Assembly: GCA_050084985.1 (NCBI GenBank)
Contig: JBITNC010000001.1
Span: 98,022,001 to 98,086,000, forward strand
From: Nageia nagi
Lineage: Eukaryota > Plantae > Pinophyta
Length of the DNA stretch: 64,000 bases
Direction: 5' to 3'
The position numbers were made by a program, and so were the translations under genes. The notes below the pieces were generated by a model, which searched no databases, was not told the DNA's origin, and was given only the letters and a program-made list of their open reading frames with translations. Positions 25,301-36,925 of this stretch are shown in pieces. Each line of letters begins with the position of its first letter. Within the stretch, counting starts at the first letter, position 1.

Positions 25301-28300
25301 CTTCCTTAAAATCCTAAAATCCATCTCTAAGGATGTTGGTATACTATGAGTGCATTGTAGGAGACCACAATTCCCCAGGATGCAGTGCTTTTTAAACCAT
25401 GATTTGGAGACTATTTTGTTATCTGACCTTCCAACTAATGTAAATATGAAATTTAGGCCCTTTAGAGTTTGAAATTTCTACCTATGGTAGCCTCAAATGT
25501 CCTCTTTTCAATGCCATATATTTCATCAAATTCTGATATTCCAAGAGAAAATGGCTGCAACTTTCCCAAAATGTGCTGATTTTTGGATTTTTTAGAAGTG
25601 CAAACTTGTACGAAGTGCCACATGTCACCTGTATATTACTAGACCTTACAAATTGTAATAGATAAACTTCAATCTGTATCCTAACCAATCCAATAGGTTT
25701 CACCTAGTTTGGAGCTGTAAAACTTTAGATATACACTTTCTAGCTAGAACACCTATTTTAGACCTGCTTTTGAGACTAGTCACAAAACTTAACTTCCCCC
25801 GAGTGTAACTTGCAAAATATAACGAATTAGGAGCTAAAATTTGAACTAAAACTTCCTTGGTATGTCTTATAAAAAATCAATAAATTTTAGAATCTAAAAC
25901 CTTGTGAAAACAAATTGGTAGTGAAACTTCCATGATGACTAGTTTTGAGCTGTGAAACCATAGAATCGTCTGCTCTAATACCAAATGTTATGAACAAAGT
26001 TCCCAAAATAGCATAAAATCATGAGAGAAAGAGCTCAATGCATTGAATAAGAGATAAAATCTATAATAAGCCACTTCAAAGGGGCAACCTCCTTTACAAA
26101 TCTGTAATAAGCCACTTCGAGGGGGCAACCTCCTTTACATCACATCAATTACACAACCATAGACAATACAAATGATAATACCTCCTTAGTATATATAGGA
26201 GTCCAAGGGGTGCCACTACAATGAAAGGACACTAGCCAACATAACAATAATAATATCTAGTCGACATAACAATAATAATGTAAGTGAACAACAATAACCA
26301 TAGTGGACTTCTATAGGACACATAATAACAATATATGGGCTGCATGAGTAGTATAGGGACCTAACAGAAGTTCATTGTACTCATGGTCAAAACCACTAAA
26401 GATGGATCAATGATATACATGATGTTAATTCCCTTTTCCTTATAATTCCATAACACGTACATTGTTAGGTTGTGAGGATCAAATGCAAATATTGTTATAG
26501 CACTTTTAGGAGGTATTTGTAAAGCCATCAAGATTACCCCTTAAGAAGGATATTCAACATGAAATCTAGTTACTCCCTGATTCCCCTCTTCCTAACATAA
26601 GGTTGTATAGGAAATCAATTTTGGAGAAACTAAAGATCAATAATTACATTCATGAGTTGGTTAATAAGGGTGTGATCAAACCTAGTACATCTCTATGTGG
26701 TTCACTTGTAATTTTAGTGCCAAATAAGGATGGTTCATAGAGAATATGCATTGAATATAAGGATTTTAATAAGATCACTAGTAAGAATTACTATCCATTA
26801 CCTCATATAGATGATATTATGGATCAATTACAAGGGGAAATATTTTTTTTCAAGCTATATTTGAGGATTGGTTATCACTAAATGAGGATCAAGGAGAAAG
26901 ATATTTGGAAAACAACCTTCAAAATAATACAAGGCCTATTTGAGTGGCTTATTTTTTCTTTTGGTTTGTGTTATGTACCAACCACATTTATAAGGGTAAT
27001 GAGTGAAGTCCTTAGACATTTCATTGATTATTTTATTATTGTATACTTGGATTATATACTAATGCATAGTTCTACTTGGGAAGATCATTTGATACATGCT
27101 AGAAAAGTGATCCAAACATTAAATGATGAAAAATTATTGTTAAAAATGAGTAAATGTGAGTTTGTTAAGCATTCTTTGGTGTATCTAAGCCACATTATTG
27201 GTGGTGGAAAACTTAAATAGATCCACAAAAATCAAGAGCCATTATGGATTGGCCAAATCCCAATAATGTAATGGAGACACCAAAGTTTTGTAGAGTTGTT
27301 CAATATTTGAAGAAGTTTATTATTGATTTATCTAATATTACTTCACCTTTACATGATATAACTAGTAAGAGACAAAGTTTTTCATGGGGGAAATCACAAG
27401 AAGCCTCATTTGATTTGTTAAAACATAAGATTATGAATGTACCTCTTTTAATACTCCCTAATTTGCATCAACCTTTTGAGATAAAGACTAATGCTAGTGA
27501 GTATGTTATGAGAGTAGTTTCTATGCAAGGGAGGAGACTAATTTGTTAAGTTTAGTGGAGCAATTTTGAATTATCCTATGTATGATAAGGATTTTATGAT
27601 CTATTTCATACAATGAAGAAGTGGAAGCATTATCTAATGGGAAAGGAGATCATTATCCATACTGATCATCAATAATTGTAATACTTACAAACTCAATAAA
27701 AGTTATAATAAATAAGACACTATCGATGGATGGGATTTGTATAATAGTTTCATTTAGTGCTTAAATACAAAAAGGGAAGTATGGAAAAATTTTTAAATAT
27801 GCTTTTTAGACCTCCAATTGCAGTAATAATGATGCTCATGCCCTTGTTTGAGAATACAATGCTCACATTATTTCAACAGTACAATTTCATGGATCTAATA
27901 TTGATGCAATTTATCCATTTATTCAAGAGTTTTTTTAGGAAGCTTATTTATAGAATTTAGACTTTGGAGAGGTGTATAAAAGCTTAAGCAATCATCTACC
28001 CCAAGTTGTGAAGGTATGGATGAGTATCATATTGTTGATGGACTTATTTATAAGTTGAATTCTTAGGTTATGTGTTCCTAAGAATGAAAGAGTTCAATTG
28101 ATCATAGATGCACATACATCAAAATTATTAGTTATTTTAGAGTTGTGAAGACACTTTAGAAAATACATTCAAGGATGTATCATGTGTTGTACCAATAAGA
28201 TAAGAACCAAAAAATTAGGTTTGTATTAGCCATTTCTACTTCGTAATCATACTTAGGAGAGTATCTCAATGGATGTTTTGGGTGGATTGCATATATTAAA

Positions 28301-29029
28301 GGGACCATGATTATTTATTTAGGAATAAAAATCCTTCTAATTAGAGAGGTTATGATTCAAAATGGGTCAATTTAGAAGTTTAATCATCCATGAGTGGATA
28401 TTTTTACACCTAATATCTCTATACTCAGAATTATATATACTCCAATAGTTTGGTATGTTGGATCAACAAAATAAAAAATGTGGCTTCCCTAAAATCCTAA
28501 TAATAAGGTTATGACATCATTCCTTTAGATGTATAGCATGGGAGATTGAATGATCAAGTTCATTTTAGTTATCATAACTAGTTGTGAAGTCATTTCGTAG
28601 AGTTAGGATCCCAATAGATGGTTATGGTTGTATATCTTCTAATTGAATCCAATGTTAAAGGTTAGAAAATGTTTTGATAGTGCTATGGGATTATCAAGAA
28701 TGTTTTGAAGATAAAATATAATTCAAGAGATTTTAAGGAGGTTGCAAGTTAAGAAGGATTTTGTTGTTCTAGATAATGATATGTCCATAAACTTATTGTT
28801 CTAGATGTACTTCCACATTGGGAGGAACCAATATAAATTTAACTATGTCATATTGTTTAATCCTTTTTTTATATTGTCAGTTATTTCTTAAAAGGAGCAC
28901 TAATTCCCTATTTCTTTACAATTTAGGGTATAAACACCTATTTCTTTATAACTGTATTCTAAAATTTAAATTGGATAATCTATATTTGATGAACTCTTGA
29001 TGGCATAACTTAGAAATTTTTATAGATCA
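22362..29029 (+). mobile_element. Element B: decayed Ty3/gypsy inserted in the RT start of element A
   Basis: LTRs 22362-23141 and 28353-29029 (TG...CA); degenerate PBS tagtatcata at 23144; gag from ~23357; RT WKTTFK..GLFEWL..VYLDYIL..KCEF (26882-27220); RNase H PFEIKTNAS; truncated integrase. TSD GTATG/ATATG. Removing it restores host KNEYGALVRNYTWDLV. Confidence 0.92.
24801..26366 (-). mobile_element. Element C: 1.57-kb non-autonomous (TRIM-like) LTR element of chromovirus origin
   Basis: LTRs 24801-25180 and 25986-26366 (~380 bp, highly similar); PBS tggtattagagca (25971-25983, minus); PPT gaaggagagggg; TSD GAATT/GAAGT. The interior keeps only a chromodomain tail DSTWEDEKFL. Confidence 0.92.
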
Positions 29030-32000
29030 ATATGGTGCTTTAGTAAGAAATTATACATGGGATTTGGTTATAAGATTAAAAGGGGAAAAAAATCATTAAG
29101 AATAAATGGATTTATAATACTAAATACACATTCAAGGATTATGTGGAGTAATAATAGGCTTGATTGATAGCTAAGAGATATTATTAGTAGTATAGTGTAG
29201 ACTATAATGAGGGCTTTATTATCCTATGGCAACATGGATACTATTTACCTTATCCTAAATATGGATTCTTGTTTAGGTTAGGAGGTTTATAAATAGATGT
29301 AAAAAGTGCATTTGTCAATGGTGACTTGAAGGAGAAATTATACCTAGAGTATCCACCACTATGTGAGGAAGGTGGATCCAAGCCTCTTGTTTGCAAGTTA
29401 AAGACTTCATTATATAGGTTGAGGTAAGCACAAGGAAATGGTATGAGAAAATATACACTTTTTTCATTAATTCAAGGTTTTGTATAAGTGAATTGGAGAT
29501 CTTTGTGTATGTGAGGTAGAAGAATGGATAAGTTATCATTATTATAGATGACTTGATTTTCATATAAATTCCCTTATAGAAATCAAAGGAATTAAGATAA
29601 TATTTAGTAATAGTTTTAAAATACTAAATCTTATTTGTTACACTACTTTTTAGGTCTATATGTGTGGAAAATGAAGGATAGTATTTTCTTTCACAACCCA
29701 AGTATGCCTTATATATTTTAAAAAAAATCAATTGGAGAATTGTAATGTGACTAAGACTCATTGATTCTAGAATAAAGCTTTATAGGTATAATCCAAATGA
29801 TCAAACAGTTGATGCCTCCTTATATTATTCACTAAAGGTAGTTTGTTATATCTAATCCATTATAGACAAACATTACTTTTGCAATTTGATACATGGCTAG
29901 GTATATGGCATAATCATACCAGATTCATTCAAAAATGATAAAATAAATGTGAAGGTATATTAAATGGATATTAGAGATGGGATCATATACATGAGAGATA
30001 ACATAACCAAGTTTATGGTATTTTGATTCCTATTATGAATATGGTATAAAAGGTCTACTTCAAGATGCCTATTTATTTTTAGTTGTGGCCTTGTTGCATG
30101 GATAAGTAAAATTAAGTTATAGTATCCAAGTATTATAGTGAGGCTAAATATTAGGCTTATTCAATAACAAGGGAACATCATACAATCTACTTAAGGAGCT
30201 TGGATTTAGACAAAAAGGACCATATTATATGCAGGTGGATAAATACAAATAGGAACCTAATTCTTCATTATCTCATTTAGATTCACATGTATTATATCCA
30301 TGAGCAATTACAAAGTGATGGGATTGATGTGTAACATATTTTAATGAATGACAAATTAGTAGATATCTTCATGAAAGTATTGTTAGATGATGATTTTATT
30401 TGTTTGAGATAAATGATTAAGATTTATGAGGCTTCATAAAAAGATGCTATGATGGGAGGATGTCAATATGATGGCATATTTATATATCCATTAGATATTA
30501 GCTTCTCCCATGCTTCTCCTAAGTATAAACTTAAGGGAAAGTATTGTTAGATGTTAACATATACTTAGCATAGGATTGTGTTTATCTACAACTAAATATT
30601 TATTAATAATAAGGCCACATCTTAAATCCTATTCATATAAATGGATCATTATAATAATGGTGACCAATTTATGGTTAATAATATAAATGTATTGTTATGT
30701 AACTGTTGACCTGCATGATGCAAGATGTACCAAGCTAGAATCATAGTAACCAATATTGGATAGATGAGTAATAGAATTGCAGGATTCCATAACCCAAGAA
30801 CACTTGTAGGACCTTCATTAAATATATTAATTAAACATTCTAAACTAAGAACTCAAGAAGCATTCTCACATAGTAACACAAGATGTATAGTGGTTCCTCC
30901 ATCACATGAAGTACTCCACTTTAGGTCTTCTTTTCACTATACTCTCAAACAATGTACACTCATATGGATCTCAACCATAACTCTCCTTAGCATGAAGCAT
31001 AACTTGTATGCTTAAGACCTTACTAACTAAGATACTAACAACTTCCCATCTTCATCTTCTTCTCTTACAAATCTTCACAAATGAGCTCCTTTTATAGGAC
31101 TCAAAACTAACCTTAGTAGTTAACTAACCTAACCAAAATAGGTTAGTTAACCCTAAGTTACAATATAAATTACATTAAATTGTTAGTGGAGACACTATTC
31201 TAACTAAAAATTATTATTTTAAGTTGGATGGAGAATACTATTCCATCCACCATGCATGAACCTTATTATCACCTAATAACCAAATTTAGGTGATTATTAA
31301 TATGCTAAGCATATTAATTACATAATGCCTAAATAACATTATTATTCTGACACTCCCCTTAATGTTATTTTGATAATGATTAAAAAAATAATGATTTTAC
31401 AAAGAGGTTTTACTCATGCTACAAAGTGTACATATAGCCAAATAAGGCTTTACAATTTTAAGATAAAGGAGACCTTTTGAGACTTTATATAAAGGAGAGA
31501 ATGTTGAAGATCCAAATGCCAAAAGCCAAGAAGTCTCATAGCTATTGTCACAAGTAACCTGCAATCTCTTAAGAGGAAACCTACAAACTATAGTCAGCTT
31601 AAACAAGATTAATTAGAAGCATTATACATTCATATCAACATGAATTGAATCATATTATCCATACACTGATCATAATAAAGCATATAAAGTTGTAAAGAAA
31701 CCATAAATGCACAACAATAAGGATGACATAAATTATCAACTATGATATCTAAGAATATTACATGTGCATATATCAAGACATGTGCACTATCAATTAATTG
31801 ATATGCATCAAAAATTAAAAATTGTTTTTCTCATATTCTTTTGCTTCTCATATTATTTAATTTGTAGTTGTTTCTTGCTATTTTATTTATTTTATATGAG
31901 GGGTGTCATCACAAAAATACAACCAATCGATATTTTCTCCCCCTTAATGACAACTTCATCAAACAAATACATGCATGACAATGTGACATGAATCTGCCAT

Positions 32001-32131
32001 GAAGAAATGACAATGTGACCAATATGGATGGTAAGATAGAAAGACAAACCAAATATCATAAGGCATAAAATGCCATTTACATACCACATTAAGATGCATA
32101 AAGCCATAAGGTGCCATACAAAATGTGATTG

Positions 32132-32362
32132 TACCAAGAGTAACCAAGATGGCACACAAAATACACTTGACTTTACCAAGAGTGAGTCAAGAAAGCATAA
32201 TAAATAAGATTGAATTTACCAAGAGAGAGTCAAGATGCACAACAAATTAACTTGAATTTACCAAGAGTGATTCAATATATCACACAAATAAACTTGACTT
32301 TATCCAAGAGTGAGCTAAATATCACACAAATAAACTTAACTTTACCAAAAGTGAGCCAAGAT
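32132..32362. repeat. Tandem array, ~42-bp unit, about 6 copies
   Basis: taccaagag core recurs at 32132, 32174, 32217, 32259, 32301 and 32343; unit aacttgactttaccaagagtgagtcaagat...cacaaat. Confidence 0.88.
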
Positions 32363-32536
32363 TGGATAATTAAGAAGTCCATCTTAACCATGCTACTAGT
32401 TAAGAGGAAAATAATGAAATTGGTAGCATGAATCAATTGAAATGATTCAAATTTCATCAAAAATAGTAAATAATATCCATAATCATCAGATCAAAACTTC
32501 CATCATCATGGAAGGAGAAAAGAGTGTGGCCACTAG

Positions 32537-32726
32537 TGCACTATAAGTCATCATGGAGATGTCCAAGCCAATACTTATAGTCACCAAATGATACTTGGAG
32601 GTATGTTGCACTATAAGTCATCATGGAGGATGCCAAGCCAATACTTATAGCCAACAAAAAATATGTAGATTTTATGGTGAACTATAAGTCATCATAGAGG
32701 ATTCCAAGCCAATACTTATAGTCACT
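32537..32726. repeat. Three 49-bp hairpin repeats separated by dissimilar ~21-bp spacers
   Basis: Repeat tgcactataagtcatcatggag..ccaagccaatacttatagtcacc at 32537, 32607 and 32678. Each has an internal inverted repeat CTATAAGT/ACTTATAG. Confidence 0.88.
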
Positions 32727-35700
32727 GCTATATATAAAACATGTGTTGATTATCATTACAAAGAAAGCATGCACATATGAGTTCCTTACATATGGATAAC
32801 TAAATAGTGCCAAAAGACACATAAGAGTTATTCACATATGGATAACTAAATAGTGCAAGATAGGCCAAGTTGTACAACAAGTTCCTCATGCAAAGCGAAC
32901 TTACCATGAAAGTGTACAATAAAATAAACACTATATAGCACATAGTCAATGAAAGATGCATGTAACAAAAGCCATCAACAAAAGAGACTTGGATTTAGTA
33001 ATGTAAAACAATCCATCAAAATATGGATCCACCTTCTCAACATGGAAGTTAAAACAAAATGTAGATGAACAAGCTGCAATTGTGTCATCAAAAACTTGAT
33101 TTTGGAAATAAAGGGCTTGGATTTGGGAAAGTTTGCATACATATTACAATAGAAAATAAAGAATTCAATAAGAATTCAACCAATACTCAACTTGGAGGGA
33201 TATTTACCCAACCCTACTTCAAAAAGAGGGCTTGGTGAATAAAGGATGTGTGGGTTTGATGTAGGAATGTCCATTCCATACTAGAGCAACTAAATGCTAT
33301 GAATGAGATTATGGGTCAACTTCGATAAGACCCATAGAAAGTTGAGATGCTATGTCCTTTGGAATGTGAATACCAAAGTGGTGAAGGATATCCTTATACT
33401 GAAAGGCCCTTTTCTTCCATTTTTCTTTAATCATCACATTTCATAGCGATTGTTGCTTGCATCATGCCTTTTATCTCATTCTCTTTAGCTTGTAATTACC
33501 ACATATTTTTCTTAGCTAGTAGTTTACTATGCTTAGCCAAGACTTCATGGTAATACTGTACACATATAAGCTTTCTCTTGTTGTATCATATCATAATGAT
33601 GGGCCATTATCTCCATCTCAACCTTTGTTGTAGCCAGTTCATGGCAAAGGTAGGCATTCTCTAAGTCTGCCCATATGTTTGTTTTGTGTCAAAACTCAGG
33701 GAAGAACTTTCCATGTATGCAATAAAATTCTCTATGAGAGTCATAAAGATCAAATTGTCACTTATGATTAAACTATCCAATTTAATAGTTAAGAGGAGAG
33801 AGAAAAATAGCACAATGATGACTTAGTCATTATGCAGCTTAGCGGTACTATCATTATTGACATCCTAACATGACATGATGTGTATGAAATTAATGAATTA
33901 AATGAGTGGTAGGTGAGAGATTTTATCATTGCAAATCTTTTTCTTTAGTTATCACAATTATTATAGTTTGATTATATCAAATCATATGCATTATAAATTG
34001 CTGTAAATGACCCTTGCTTATCATTTGATGCTTTCCATTTATGATTTGAGCTATTATTCATCATGGATGTGTCTCAATTTCATGCCATACTGAGCAATCT
34101 CTAGGATAAAATAGTGCATCATAGTGTTCATGTAGCTTTAGAAAATCATGCTTTGATTTTATCTAAGGTTTTATTGCAATAGTGACTAGTATTTCTTCAA
34201 TTGTACCCAAATGATTATTATGGTATTTGCATGGCTTTTCATCTCAATCATGAGGATCATGTTCATCGATTATTTCATTAGCTCAATAAACTTTATTAGA
34301 CATGGCATATAATGGTTTATACCCTATTCAATTGCTATCTTTTTCAATTTGTATGCTACATCAGATCACCTTCCCTACATCCATAGAAGTATTTCAAACC
34401 ACTCATTATTATGTGGGTAGTTCATCATCATGGACTTTAATGGTCATCCATGTACTCTTTTTGCATTGCTTGGTGAGGTGGAAATCATATTTATGTCATC
34501 AATTTTCTTTTTCTTATCATTTTCTACCTCTTTCACATCAATATCTTTTAGTATTGGACACATCCAATTCTAGCATATCTAAAGATGATGCTAATTCTTT
34601 GGATTCTAGTGACCATTTACTAGACTAGCATTAATTAAGCCATAAGCACCATCCACTTAGGCTTGTTAGTGGGAATCTTTTCTAACATTTTAATAAAGTA
34701 AAGGATAAAGTCACATTAATTATTATGCTTGTATGGTTGATCCATTTCGATATTCCTATTTATGATCAAAGATCTAGTTAGTTTGTAATTTTATAAATTC
34801 ATTATATTCTAGTTGATCACCATAATTTTCACTTATGTATGAAATCCTCAGAGAGATATGACTCACTTTTCATTCATAATGGATATGACCATTTTACAAG
34901 GCCTTCATGCTAATATTCCCCAAGAAGTTCTTTATCAATGTATTCAAGGTTGAGTCTTACAACATGCTTGCACTGCATTGTAGATTATTGTGCGATAAAA
35001 CTTGGTTCACATACAAGGTTATCGAAGTCTCTATCTATGGGCCATCTACTTTATCCATCATTTGGAGGATGCTGAGTAGTTGCACCTCATACTCACACTT
35101 ATCTGTTGTCCAAATTGGACATGAAAGATCATCCTTTATTATTCATGGACACCTTTTATCTTCCATTTTCTACACTATGCAAGTCCTGCAATGCTGCATC
35201 CTCATGAGTACTATCACCCCTATATCATTGCATTTATATTATGGTGATGAGATCTTTATTGGGAGTCCACTTATGTTTCATGATTAATGTGAGAAGGGGA
35301 TCCATGGGTATACTACCCAATTTTTGATATTAGGTGTTGTTTCTCCCCGATCACTCATGTTACATTATTCAATATGCTTAGTTCACTTGTCATAGATCCT
35401 AAGAGTTCTAACTCCAACTCTCCCAATCATGCCAATGATTCTACTTAGTTTGGCTATCCACTTGGGCATGTGAGTGAAACTTCGCAAAATTAATAAATAT
35501 GATTTTTTTTTGCTTCTATCTTGTATCAAATTATTTATTAGATAAATTTCCATATAATAATGCAATATAGATAGTGCTTATTTGTATAAATGTAATCCAT
35601 GAATTCATAGTTAGTGCTAAATTTTGCAAGCAAAGATTAGTCACAAAATAATTAATTTTTAAGTATACACATTTTTAAGGATGGACAAACTCTCATGCTT

Positions 35701-36799
35701 GTAGAACAAATCACCATAGCTCAACATATTTAGGATAAAAAGAACACCATTGGATATAGAGTGACATGGTTGAGGCTTCTTATCTTGTCTAAAATTTGGC
35801 CTTCACCTAGATTCCCATATAAGAGGATCCCAAGTACTACCAATCCTCAACCAGTTCCCCTTAGGTAGTAATATACTCTCACAAGGAGAAGTACTAGCTA
35901 TTTTCCAAGGTTTTGATGTTTATTGGATCAACCAAATTATTAATCTTGATTAGGTTTCAAATTATCCTTATAGGTTATCAGGATAATCTCTAAATGGACA
36001 TGCAAATATGTGGTATCACTACACACATACCTATCCACCTATTGGAGTTAAATCTAGACCAACAGAGGACTTAGGGTTAATTAAGTAGTACAAACTTTTC
36101 ACCACTTGGATCATCAAACTTAAAGGCTCCATTCTGCTTATCCTAACCTTATGGCTCCCTAAACAAGTCATGTTGCAAAATATATGTGCAGATGTGTTCA
36201 TTTTATGAGGTTGCTCAATTCAATATTTGCATTTTATTTGCATAAATAAATAAATCAAAATGCAAAACATAAAAGAGCATAAGTAAAACATCATCCATTC
36301 AATAACTCAAAACCTAAGTGTCCAATGAGTTTTGTTTACTAACTCCTAAAGGACATCTTTACATCAATCCTTATTTTGCATAAGTCCATTAACTTTCAAT
36401 AAGAGCATACATCAATCCCATAAGTATAAGTATGCATCATTCACTTAAAGAAGTATGCATCAATCCAAAAATTAAGCATGCATTATTTCTTCATAAGAAC
36501 TAGAATTTAAGAGGCATAATCATGCATTTTTAATTCATAAGCATGCATATTCAAAAATTTTAAGTCATAAGCATGAATCTTCAAAAACTTTTAAGTCCTA
36601 AGCATGTATTTTTGACTTAAAAATATTTAACTTAAGTTTTAAGTCCTTAATATTTTATCACCAAAAATTAAGTTCTAAGAAAATATTAGGCATGCATGAA
36701 CTTTTAAGTAAAATACTCATAAGCTCTTCCCCCTTTTTACTTAAAAAATGAGATCCCTTGAAAACAAGGTGAGTAAAAAATACATTTGAAAACCAAAAG

Positions 36800-36925
36800 G
36801 CAATTTTGAAAAATAGGACATGAGGTAGGTGTCCTTTAAAAAACAAAAAGAATATGACTGGCAAGCAATATTGAAAAAGAGGACATGAGGTAGGTGTCCT
36901 TTGAAAAACAAAGGAATATGCTGGT
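36800..36925. repeat. Two-copy 65-bp direct repeat with internal stem-loop
   Basis: aggacatgaggtaggtgtcct at 36815 and 36880; AGGACA/TGTCCT stem. Confidence 0.8.

Noticed and set aside
32210-32460. ORFs with QINLTL repeats
   Set aside because: They are a translation of the 42-bp tandem array, with no other coding evidence.
32537-32726. Possible CRISPR array
   Set aside because: Only three repeats, inside a plant LTR element, with no cas genes. Kept as a hairpin repeat-spacer finding instead.
34302-35287. Plus-strand ORFs of 108 and 126 aa in element E
   Set aside because: No motifs or splice context, and the composition looks like antisense or chance frames.
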